Positions 9,870-18,460 of a stretch of 64,000 nt of DNA are shown here, piece after piece. The position numbers and the translations under genes are program-made. The stretch covers positions 224,001 through 288,000 of the forward strand of contig JBGANV010000001.1 of the NCBI GenBank assembly GCA_044222185.1. The letters run 5' to 3'. The notes under the pieces are model-generated. The model saw nothing but the letters and a program-made list of their open reading frames with translations, was not told the DNA's origin and made no database searches. How positions within the stretch are numbered: position 1 is the first letter of the stretch; each line of letters opens with the position of its first letter. The DNA is from Planctomycetota bacterium. GTDB taxonomy: Bacteria; Planctomycetota; GCA-002687715; CAIWVZ01.

Positions 9870-10161
9870 CGACGCGTCGACCTGACTCCCGGATCCCGAG
9901 GTGCTCAGACGAGCGGCGGGTGAAGATCAGCGGGGCGCGACGCCTTGGAGGAGCGACCGGTACGACCGGCGCATCCGATTGAGGGGGTCCCACTGTAGAG
10001 GTATCGAGCCAGGGACGTCGCGCCCCACCAGGCATTCCTACGGCCCTGCCGGTGCGGCGTGAGCGGGGCGCAATTTTCCGCCGGCTGGCGTGCCGTGACG
10101 ACGGGGACCGCGCCGCGGCGCGCTCGCATCGCCGCTTGGAATCGCGCGCGAGGTCGGGGTC

Positions 10162-11634
10162 TCAGTCGGCCGTCCCCGTCGCGAGCCGGAGGATCGCCAT
10201 CTCGGTGAGGTCCGGGCTGCACACTTCGCCGCAGATGCGACCGCGACGCATGACGAGGACGCGATCGCAAAGCTGGATCAGCTCGGGGAGATCGGAGCTT
10301 GCGACGAGGACCGCGGAACCGCTGACCGCCGCCTCGCGAATGAGCCCGTGGATCTCTGCCTTGGCTCCGATGTCGACTCCGCGCGTGGGTTCGTCCAGGA
10401 GGAGGATCGGCGGGTCGCAGAGCAGGCACCTCGCCAGCAGGACCTTCTGTTGATTGCCACCGGAAAGCTCGCTGGGCAAAGACTGTGGGCGAGGGGCTTT
10501 CACCCGACATCGCTCGAGCTGGCGGGCGGCAAGCTCGCGGGCCGCCGGGTCGGTGGCGAGCCGCGCATTGGGCAGGAGGACGTTCTCCGTGATCGAAACG
10601 GTCGGGAGGAGCCCCGTCGCCGCGCGCTCCTCAGACAGGAGCACGATCCCCGCGCGCCGCATCGATGTGGGGCCGCATGGCCCGATCGGGCGTCCGTCGA
10701 CGCGCATGGTTCCGCGGGTTGGGATGACGCCCGCGACCGCGAGAACGAGCGACGATCGCCCCGAGCCTGCAAGGCCCGCGAGTCCCACGATCTCACCGGC
10801 ATCGACGTTCAGGGTCACGCCGGTGATGCGCCCCGGCGAGGTCAGGTCGGTGACGGCGAGGCGGGGGACGGGTGCCGCCTGGACTGCTGGCCGCGGCACG
10901 GACGCGGGAATCTCCCTCCCGATCATGGCCTCGAGGATTCCGTGCCGCGTCGCCTCAGGCGCGGCCCGATCCATGACGACCTGGCCATCGCGCAAGACGA
11001 CGATGCGATCGGCGGCAGCCGCCACTTCCTCCAGACTGTGAGAGACGAAGATCACCGTGTGGCCTTCGTCGCGGAGGCATCGCACGAGGCCGAGCACGGC
11101 GCGTGCTTGCGTTGGTCCGAGTCCCGCCGTGGGTTCGTCGAAGACGATCACGCCTCGATCTCCAGCCTGCTCGAGGGCGAGGAGACCGGCCGCGATTTGA
11201 ACGAGTCGCTGATCCGAGGGCGAGAGATCGCCCACGAGCGACGCCGGGTCGACCGTCGAACCCAAACGCGTGAGGACGCGCCGTGCCGTCGACGCGCAGT
11301 CGGTTGCATCGAAGCGACGAAACAGCCCCATCGCTCCCCGCAGGACGATGTTCTCGGCGACCGTGAGGTGGGGCCACTGCGCGAGTTCCTGGTGGACGAG
11401 GCAAGCGCGCGCGCGTACGCGCGACGCCCCCGCACCGCTCAGCGGCGTCCCGCGGAACTCGACGCGTCCCGCAGTGGGCGACGCCTCTCCCGCGATCACG
11501 CGCGCGAGCGTGCTCTTTCCGGCGCCGTTCTCACCGAGGAGCGCATGGACCGTGCCGGGGTGGAACCGGAGAGTCACGTCGTCGAGCGCGACCGTGGGGC
11601 CGAATCGGATCGATACGTGGTCGACCGTCAGCAT
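10162..11634 (-). CDS. Sugar ABC transporter ATP-binding protein (RbsA/MglA type)
   Basis: GENGAGKST, DEPT twice, LSGGNQQKV, RGVDIGAK; two ABC halves. Confidence 0.93.
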   Translation of the reverse strand: MLTVDHVSIRFGPTVALDDVTLRFHPGTVHALLGENGAGKSTLARVIAGEASPTAGRVEFRGTPLSGAGASRVRARACLVHQELAQWPHLTVAENIVLRGAMGLFRRFDATDCASTARRVLTRLGSTVDPASLVGDLSPSDQRLVQIAAGLLALEQAGDRGVIVFDEPTAGLGPTQARAVLGLVRCLRDEGHTVIFVSHSLEEVAAAADRIVVLRDGQVVMDRAAPEATRHGILEAMIGREIPASVPRPAVQAAPVPRLAVTDLTSPGRITGVTLNVDAGEIVGLAGLAGSGRSSLVLAVAGVIPTRGTMRVDGRPIGPCGPTSMRRAGIVLLSEERAATGLLPTVSITENVLLPNARLATDPAARELAARQLERCRVKAPRPQSLPSELSGGNQQKVLLARCLLCDPPILLLDEPTRGVDIGAKAEIHGLIREAAVSGSAVLVASSDLPELIQLCDRVLVMRRGRICGEVCSPDLTEMAILRLATGTAD

Positions 11635-11656
11635 GATCGGCGGCCAGGCGCCGATC

Positions 11657-12619
11657 TCATCGGCCGAGCCATTGTTTCCACTGGGCCGCCACGTCGTCGA
11701 CGTTCATCCTCGTGACGCGAACGAGGTCGTAGGAGAGGAACGGCTTCGGCGGATCCTTCTTGCGGTGGAGCTTGTCCATGAGCAGGCGCACCGATTGGAC
11801 GCCCCACTCGAAGCACGGCTGCCCCAACAGGACCTCGACCTCGCCCGTCCGCACGTACTCGAGCTCGGGCGGGAGCATGTCGACGGCCACGACCTTGGCT
11901 CGACCGCGGACGGCGTCCAATGCGTGCGCAGTGAAGAGCGGCCAGCCGCCGATCATCGCCCAGCCAGTGATCGACGGATCGACTTGCTGGATCTCGGCGA
12001 CCTTCGCCGCGGCGTCCTGCGGCGTTTCCTTGTGGTAGTAGACGCCAGCGAGTGCGATCCCTGCATGTCGTGCCAGTTCCTCCTTCACTCCCGCGACGCG
12101 TTTCTGGAGGTTCGGAGCGTTCTGATTGCCGGCGAGGATCGCGACCTTGCCCTTCTCACCCATCAGCGTCGCCAGTTCGCGCATGACGGCCTGGCCGCAC
12201 GGGACGTCGTCGGTTCCATAGAAGCAGAACCGCTTGCTGGCTGGCGCGTCCGAGTCGAAGCACATCACGGGGACGCCCTTTGCGACGGCTCCGTCGATGG
12301 CGCCGGTGAGGACTTCGGCATTGCTGCACGAGACGGTGATCCCCTGCGCGCCTTGCCGCACGAGCTGCTCGATCGCCTGCGCCTGGGCCTGCGCGTCCTC
12401 GTCGGCCGGGGTGCGCACGACCACCTCGATGGCAACCCCGAGTTCCTGAGAGAGGCGGGCCGCTTCGGCCTCGGCCCCACGTCGCGCCGTCACGAACACC
12501 TCGTTCGATTGCGCCTTTCCGATGAAGCCGATGGTGTATCCCGCCTTCTTGTGGTCCCCGCACGACGACGAGGCCACGAGCCACACGGCGCACACGATCC
12601 AGAAGCGGGACATGCTCAT
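11657..12619 (-). CDS. Sugar ABC transporter substrate-binding lipoprotein (RbsB-like)
   Basis: Lipobox-like ASSSC, QAQAIEQLV, GVPVMCFDSD, YGTDD, GKVAILAG. Confidence 0.9.
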   Translation of the reverse strand: MSMSRFWIVCAVWLVASSSCGDHKKAGYTIGFIGKAQSNEVFVTARRGAEAEAARLSQELGVAIEVVVRTPADEDAQAQAQAIEQLVRQGAQGITVSCSNAEVLTGAIDGAVAKGVPVMCFDSDAPASKRFCFYGTDDVPCGQAVMRELATLMGEKGKVAILAGNQNAPNLQKRVAGVKEELARHAGIALAGVYYHKETPQDAAAKVAEIQQVDPSITGWAMIGGWPLFTAHALDAVRGRAKVVAVDMLPPELEYVRTGEVEVLLGQPCFEWGVQSVRLLMDKLHRKKDPPKPFLSYDLVRVTRMNVDDVAAQWKQWLGR

Positions 12620-12688
12620 GCGACGAACCCCCGCGCCCCCTGGCGCGCCCGGATTACAACCGAACGGCCCGCGATGCGCCAGCCGCGA

Positions 12689-13726
12689 TCACGTCCGTCC
12701 CCCCACCGACGTTCGGATCCGATCGAGGAGCGTTGCGAGCACGATCGCGCCACCGACGACGACGCGACTCCAGTTCTGGTCGATGGCGAGGATCGAGATG
12801 CCATTCTCGATGAGCGCGATGAGGATGGCGCCGAGAACCGAACCGACGACGCTCCCAGTTCCGCCGGCGAGCGACGTCCCACCGATCACGGCGGCGGCGA
12901 TGGCGTTCAATTCGTAGCCCCGGCCGGCGTCCGACCCGGCTGCGCTGTAGTAGCCGACCATCATGGCGCCCGAGAGGCCGGCGCAGACCCCGCAGGCCGT
13001 GTAGGCGAGGATCTTCACCCGGGCGACGGGGAGTGCCGCATGGATCGCTGCGCGTTCGTTTCCCCCGATGGCGTGGATGTAGCGACCGACGAGCGTTCGT
13101 CTCTGGATCCACGCGACGGCGATGGCGACGGCGATCATGGCCAGCATGGGAACGGGATGAACACCGAATGCGCTCACCTTGATCCCGCCGGCGACGAACG
13201 AGGATGGCACGGGGCTGATCGTCTCGCCGTTCGTGGCCACGAAGGTGAGGCCTCGGAAAATCTCCATGGTTCCGAGCGTGACGATGAACGGATGGACGCG
13301 CAGCATGGTCACGAGCGAACCGTTCACGGCACCGCAGGCCGCGCCGACGAGTCCGGCGATCGCGACCCCGCAGGGAAGGGTGGTCCAGCCGCTCGCCGTC
13401 GGTCCCATGGAGCGAAGGGCGACGGCCGTGGTCACAGCCGACGCGGCGTAGATGGCGCCGATCGAGAGGTCGATCCCGCCCAGGACGATGACGAGCGTGA
13501 CGCCGATCGCGAGCAGCGCGATGAAGCTCGCGTCCTTCGCGACGCCGACGAGGTTGTCGGCCTGAAGGAATCGGTTGGCGGTTCCCTCGACGGTTCCGTC
13601 GGTACCGCGCACGTCGACGTCGCCGCCGATCAGCGCGAGCGCCGCCGCGATGAACACGATCACGAGCGCGAGGCCCGAGCGCTGGATGAGTGAACGGGCG
13701 CGATCGGATCGAGCGGCTGGCGGCAT
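12689..13726 (-). CDS. Sugar ABC transporter permease (RbsC-like)
   Basis: GGIDLSIG, PFIVTLG, AIGGNERAA, YELNAIAAAVIGGTSLAGG. Confidence 0.93.
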   Translation of the reverse strand: MPPAARSDRARSLIQRSGLALVIVFIAAALALIGGDVDVRGTDGTVEGTANRFLQADNLVGVAKDASFIALLAIGVTLVIVLGGIDLSIGAIYAASAVTTAVALRSMGPTASGWTTLPCGVAIAGLVGAACGAVNGSLVTMLRVHPFIVTLGTMEIFRGLTFVATNGETISPVPSSFVAGGIKVSAFGVHPVPMLAMIAVAIAVAWIQRRTLVGRYIHAIGGNERAAIHAALPVARVKILAYTACGVCAGLSGAMMVGYYSAAGSDAGRGYELNAIAAAVIGGTSLAGGTGSVVGSVLGAILIALIENGISILAIDQNWSRVVVGGAIVLATLLDRIRTSVGGRT

Positions 13727-13757
13727 CAGGGGGATCGCCGGGCGGGGCAGGTGTCAG

Positions 13758-13827
13758 TTACAAAATGTAAAGTGCGCTATGAAAATGATGCCATGACAGT
13801 TGCATCATGACAGTTGCGGTGTATAAC
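13758..13827 (+). promoter_or_regulatory. AT-rich divergent promoter region with tandem 12-bp direct repeat and sigma70-like boxes
   Basis: CATGACAGTTGC at 13792-13803 and 13806-13817; TTGCAT 13800-13805 and TATAAC 13822-13827 (16-bp spacer); palindrome TTACA-N3-TGTAA 13758-13770. Confidence 0.6.
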
Positions 13828-13865
13828 AGCCGCCGTCGACCCCACCCATAGGGACGAGGATCCTG

Positions 13866-14120
13866 GTGCCTCCCAAGCCACAGAAGCTCTTCAAGATTGG
13901 TGAGTTGATGGAGTACTCGGGCCTTTCCCGACAAACCATCCACAACTACACGATGCTCGGCCTGATCAAGTCGGCCAAGCGCACAGGGGCCGGCCACCGT
14001 CTCTACGACGAATCCGTGTTCGAACTGCTGGAGCGCATCAAGTCGCTGCGGTCGTCGCACACGCTGGAGGAGATCCGAACGATGCTCGGCCAGGACGCCG
14101 GGGTCAAAGCCAAGACATGA
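13866..14120 (+). CDS. Small MerR-family winged-helix regulator without effector domain
   Basis: FKIGELMEYSGLSRQTIHNYTMLGLI...GHRLYD; 84 aa; GAGGA RBS. Confidence 0.88.
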   Translation: MPPKPQKLFKIGELMEYSGLSRQTIHNYTMLGLIKSAKRTGAGHRLYDESVFELLERIKSLRSSHTLEEIRTMLGQDAGVKAKT

Positions 14121-14280
14121 CCGAAAACGCTCCTCTGTCATGGGGAGCCGGGCGGCGTTTCCGTACGGGACCTTTCGCCGCCCGCCCAACTCGCTTCAGG
14201 GGGATCTTCGACCCGAGGTCCGTGGGACCTCGGTGAAGCCATCACTCGATACCCGATACCTTCTATCTCTCTGAGGCGGG

Positions 14281-14314
14281 GGCGAGGTCGCGCAAGCGGC
14301 CTCGCCTTTTTTTT
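14281..14314 (+). terminator. Rho-independent terminator
   Basis: GGCGAGGTCGC-GCAA-GCGGCCTCGCC stem with GNRA loop followed by 8 T. Confidence 0.88.
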
Positions 14315-14475
14315 CGGGGCCCGCATGAAGACGGGATGCGGGCAGCCCTCGGGGCCGCGATCGTCGCGTGCCGGGTACACTCCGGCCTCGGGATCCCCGT
14401 TCGTCGACCGTGTGAGGGCTCCGCTGCGGATCTCGAACCGGGTTGGAATCGACCGGGCTCTGGAGGCCACCGACG

Positions 14476-16503
14476 GTGTCCGCATTCCGCACAGCCCTTC
14501 TCAGCTTGCTGGTTGCCACGGCGCTCGACGCCCAGGCGGCGGTGCCGATCGCCACGGAGGCCGCAGCGGACCTGAAGACCGTCGAGACGCTCAAGGCCTT
14601 CGAACCCAAGGGCGGGGGACCGAAGCGACTTCGCCCGTCCCTCGGGATCCGATTCGGCGCGTACCGCTCGGCCGGCGCGGAGATCCAAGCCCTCGATCCG
14701 GGCTCACCGGCAGCGGCGGAAGGGCTCCTTCCAGGCGACGTCGTTCGCGTCATCGGCAACGTGAGGATCGTCGACGCGGAGGACCTCGAGATTGCGTTAG
14801 GTGCCTTACGGATCGGAGTCCCGATCACCCTCACGGTGCGGCGACCGGCCGTGAAGCGCGACGCGGTGGTCGAGCCGACACCGGCCGACAAGGCTGGCGA
14901 TCCGGGGTTCGACTATCGACACGCGCAGGGCCGCTTCGTCGTGAGCGCGGTCAGGGCCGGAACGGGCGCGGCACGCGCCGGCCTGAAGGTGGGCGACACC
15001 TTCACGCAGGTGAACGGTGCCGTGTACTCGGGAGTGACGTCGCTCCGGCGCGCCCTTTCGAACATGTCGCGTTTCACGGTCTCCGTGCAGCGCGACCAGG
15101 CAACACTACAGCCCGTGATGAAGCCGGCGGGCGCGAAGGAGGAGGAGGTCCTCGACTGGAAGGGCAAATCGTTCAACCTCGCCGTCCTCCTCGTCGAGTT
15201 CCCGGATCGAAAGCACAACGCCAGTTACGTGAGCAAGGACTTCGAGCGGCTCATGTTCTCCGTCGGTGAGTACGCGAAGGCTCCGGATGGGCGAGCCGTG
15301 TACGGGAGCCTCCGCGACTACTACAAGGAGATCTCCGTCGGTACCTTCGACGTCCACGGGAAGGTTCTCGACTGGGTTTGCGTGCCCGAGAAGTGGGCCT
15401 ACTACGACGCGCAGGATCTCGGCGGCGGGGAGGCGGGGCCCCGGACCGTCTTCCACGACGCGCTGAAAGCGGCGCGCGACAAACACGGTGCATCGGCGCT
15501 CGACGGCTTCGACGGGATCGTCTTCCTGTATGCCGGGCCGCGCGACAGTCTGCGGGGAAGCCAGCTTTGGCCACACCGCGCGTCCGTCCAGGTCGGGTCG
15601 AAGGCAATCCCGTACTACATCATCGAGGAAGGCGGGGAGACGTTCACGTCCATCGGAGTCCATTGCCACGAGTTCGGCCACATGCTCGGGCTGCCGGACT
15701 TCTACGGCTATGGGCACCGGACGGGAGTCGGCCGGTTCTGCGTGATGGCGATCGGTCATCTCGGAGGCGGCGCGTCGGGCGCGGATCGGCCTTTCCACAT
15801 GTGTGCCTGGTGCAAGATCAAGCTCGGGTGGTTGACCGCGCGCACGATCCTGCCGTCCGATCGGCAACACCTCGCGTTGCGCGGCGTCGAGGGTCGGACG
15901 ACGGAGGCGTTGAAGATCCCGCTTTCGCCGACGGGCGAGGAGTACTACCTCCTCGAAGTTCGCGACCGCGTCGGATTCGACGCTGATTTCTTCCGCGACG
16001 GCCTCGTGATCTGGCACGTCGGCGACGACGGTGCGCGCGAGCGGGGTCAGATCAGCGTCCCCATCGACCTCGTCGAGGCTCACGGGAAGAGGTTCTTCGA
16101 TGCGTCCCTCCGCGAGGAGAGCGAGATCCTCTTTCCGAACACGCGCCTGGCGGCGTTCACCCCGTTCACCGTGCCGAGCAGTCGGAGCAACCTCGCGGGC
16201 GGGTACGACGTGATGCTGACGGGCCTTCAGGTCTACGTCCCGGCGACCATGGAGAAGGACGCGAAGATCACCCCTGGCGCCGTGTTCTTCTGGGTCGGCG
16301 ACCGCGACCGTGTGACCACGACGAAGGGTGCGGAGCCAGAGCAGCCGACCTATCCCGATGGGAAACCCGTGATGGCGCTGGACCCGATCACGAAGCTCCC
16401 CGTGCCGTTCACCGTCGACAAGAATGGCGTCGCCGCGCCCGGGCCCGCGATCATGCCGAGGAAGAAGCCGGGGGAGGAGCCGCCGAACTCAGGGAAGCCG
16501 TGA
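14476..16503 (+). CDS. Secreted M6 (immune inhibitor A-like) zinc metalloprotease with two N-terminal PDZ domains
   Basis: GGAGG then GTG 14476; signal peptide ending LDAQA; PDZ motifs GSPAAAEGLLPGDVV and GAARAGLKVGD; AVLLVEFPD, SLRDYYKEIS, HEFGHMLGLPDFY, CVMAIG, EYYLLE. Confidence 0.85.
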   Translation: MSAFRTALLSLLVATALDAQAAVPIATEAAADLKTVETLKAFEPKGGGPKRLRPSLGIRFGAYRSAGAEIQALDPGSPAAAEGLLPGDVVRVIGNVRIVDAEDLEIALGALRIGVPITLTVRRPAVKRDAVVEPTPADKAGDPGFDYRHAQGRFVVSAVRAGTGAARAGLKVGDTFTQVNGAVYSGVTSLRRALSNMSRFTVSVQRDQATLQPVMKPAGAKEEEVLDWKGKSFNLAVLLVEFPDRKHNASYVSKDFERLMFSVGEYAKAPDGRAVYGSLRDYYKEISVGTFDVHGKVLDWVCVPEKWAYYDAQDLGGGEAGPRTVFHDALKAARDKHGASALDGFDGIVFLYAGPRDSLRGSQLWPHRASVQVGSKAIPYYIIEEGGETFTSIGVHCHEFGHMLGLPDFYGYGHRTGVGRFCVMAIGHLGGGASGADRPFHMCAWCKIKLGWLTARTILPSDRQHLALRGVEGRTTEALKIPLSPTGEEYYLLEVRDRVGFDADFFRDGLVIWHVGDDGARERGQISVPIDLVEAHGKRFFDASLREESEILFPNTRLAAFTPFTVPSSRSNLAGGYDVMLTGLQVYVPATMEKDAKITPGAVFFWVGDRDRVTTTKGAEPEQPTYPDGKPVMALDPITKLPVPFTVDKNGVAAPGPAIMPRKKPGEEPPNSGKP

Positions 16504-16612
16504 GCCGATTGGGTCGCGCTGCGACAGCGTCGGTATCGACGGCCGTCGGGCACGGTGGGGCGGTCCCCTCGCGGAAGCGCGTCGTCCCGACTGCGCATGG
16601 CGCGGCGCGAGT

Positions 16613-18235
16613 TCAGGCCGAAGGACCTTCTCGTCCGTCCGTCCGGGGCGAGTCGTCGAGCACGGCCCGAACGATCGACCTGAGGCCACGAGTGGCGAAG
16701 GGCTTCTCGATCCGCTGATTCGACACTTGGTCGAGAAAAGCTCGGGATCGGGGCGTGAACGCGCCGCCGGTCATGAACACCATCCGCTCGGCCTGGGACA
16801 CGGAGATGGCCTTCACGGCGTCGTACACGTCGATCCCGGTCATTTCGGGCATCATGAGGTCGCAAAGGATGACGTCGAAGCGATCACCGCGTGAGATCAA
16901 CTCGACTGCGCTCCGGCCACGGTCGGCCCGCGTGACGTCGTGTTCGGATCCGAGGATCCGGTCGATGAGTTGCAACAGCACCGCTTCGTCGTCGATCACG
17001 AGGACGCGGCCACGGCGGGCCGGGGGCGTTGCTCCTGTCGAATCCGCGCTCGACGCCCTGGTGCTCTGGGGCTGGAAGGCCTGGGGGATCTCCACCGTGA
17101 AGCGGCTTCCTCTCCCGACGGTACTCTCGAAGGCGATCCGGCCCCCGAGCGATCGGACGATCTGATGGCTGATGGCCAGGCCCAGCCCCGTTCCAGCCCC
17201 TGGGGGCTTGGTCGTGAAGAACGGCGTGAAGATGCGCTTCTGCGCGTCGGGCGCGATCCCGCAGCCCGTGTCCGTGACGTCGACGGCAACCCAGCCCTCG
17301 GCCGTCACGCGTGTCGTGACGCGGATCTCGTTTTCGGAGGCTCTGCCCTCCGGAATCGCGTGCGCCGCGTTGACGATCAGGTTCAAGAAGACCTGACTGA
17401 GCCGCGACTGGTTGACCTCGACGAGCGAGACCTGCCCGTAATCCTTGATGAGTCGGGCGCGGTGGCGGACCTCGTTCCAGACCATGCGGACGACGGGGTC
17501 CAGGATCTGGTGGATGTCGAACGTCCCTCGCGTGTCCTCCTCGGTCCGTGAGAAGACGCGCAGGTCACGGACGATCTGGCGGATCCGCTCGCTCGCCTCC
17601 CGTGCGTCCGACAGGCAGTTACGGAGTGCCTTCATCGCGTCGGCGTTCGACTTCGCTCCATCCATCTCGGCGAACGCAAGCTCGATGTTCCCGAGGACGG
17701 CGCCGAGCGGGTTGTTGATCTCGTGCGCGAGTCCGGCGGACAACGATCCGAGCGCTGCGAGACGATCCGACATCATGAGCTGCATCTCGAACCTCTTCCG
17801 CTCGGTGACGTCTCGGATGGAGGCCAGGACGGAGCGCTCGCCGTCCCATTCGCATTCGACGACGCGCATCTCGCCGACGCGTTCGCCCTCGGGCGTCGTG
17901 AAGTTGCGTTCGACGCTGCGTCCCGCCGGTTCCAAGATGGGGAGGCGCTCGCCATCGAGGTCTTCTCTCCGTCGCCCAAACAGAGAGAGGGCATTCGAGT
18001 TCACGAGCTTGATGGAGCCCTCCCGGTCCGTGATCACGACCGAGTCCGAGCTGGCTTCGAGCAGGTGGTGGCACAAGCGCTCGCGTTCCTGTCGCCGCGC
18101 ACGCTCCAGTGCGAGTGCAATCGTCGTCGCTGCGAGTTGGATGCCCGTGGGGTCGCTGGCCACCACGGCGGCTGCCCCTGAGCCGGTCAGGGCTGCATGG
18201 GTCGTTTCCAATGGCGGAGGCGCGACGACGATCAC
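16613..18235 (-). CDS. Hybrid PAS sensor histidine kinase with C-terminal receiver (N-terminal receiver split off by TAG at 18296-18298)
   Basis: PAS, LAHEINNPL, QVFLNLIVNA, DTGCGI, FFTTK, GTGLGL, receiver VLVIDDE / DLMMP / KPF; true start uncertain. Confidence 0.9.
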   Translation of the reverse strand: MIVVAPPPLETTHAALTGSGAAAVVASDPTGIQLAATTIALALERARRQERERLCHHLLEASSDSVVITDREGSIKLVNSNALSLFGRRREDLDGERLPILEPAGRSVERNFTTPEGERVGEMRVVECEWDGERSVLASIRDVTERKRFEMQLMMSDRLAALGSLSAGLAHEINNPLGAVLGNIELAFAEMDGAKSNADAMKALRNCLSDAREASERIRQIVRDLRVFSRTEEDTRGTFDIHQILDPVVRMVWNEVRHRARLIKDYGQVSLVEVNQSRLSQVFLNLIVNAAHAIPEGRASENEIRVTTRVTAEGWVAVDVTDTGCGIAPDAQKRIFTPFFTTKPPGAGTGLGLAISHQIVRSLGGRIAFESTVGRGSRFTVEIPQAFQPQSTRASSADSTGATPPARRGRVLVIDDEAVLLQLIDRILGSEHDVTRADRGRSAVELISRGDRFDVILCDLMMPEMTGIDVYDAVKAISVSQAERMVFMTGGAFTPRSRAFLDQVSNQRIEKPFATRGLRSIVRAVLDDSPRTDGREGPSA

Positions 18236-18460
18236 TGGCGTCGCGCCGGCGGCGGCGACGACATTCGAGACGGTCGCTTCGGCGGTTGCGGCTGGCTAGC
18301 AGAGACCGAGAAGGATCCCGTCGCAGCTTCGCCGTGCGAGCCACTCGGACACATCGGCGACGCCGACCCTCGCAACGACCTCGAAGCCCGGTGCCGCTGG
18401 TATCGATGTCTCGTGCGATGGCGGGATCGCCGCGTCGTCACTCGCGATGACGGCCAGCAT
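18236..18460 (-). pseudogene. Degenerate receiver-domain segment in frame with the kinase, interrupted by an amber codon
   Basis: MLAVIASDD...GFEVVAR...CDGILLGLC*PAATAEATV...TPVIVV follows the receiver pattern; same frame as 16613..18235. Confidence 0.6.

Noticed and set aside
9932-10030. Calling this element a tRNA or SRP RNA
   Set aside because: No D-arm, anticodon arm or correctly placed TTCG arm, and no CAGG-GRAA-AGCA motif; kept only as an unclassified candidate.
18296-18298. Pyrrolysine or genetic-code reassignment
   Set aside because: Single case in a degenerate domain, no pyl genes in the window, and TAG appears to end other genes normally (2105, 31804, 39466).
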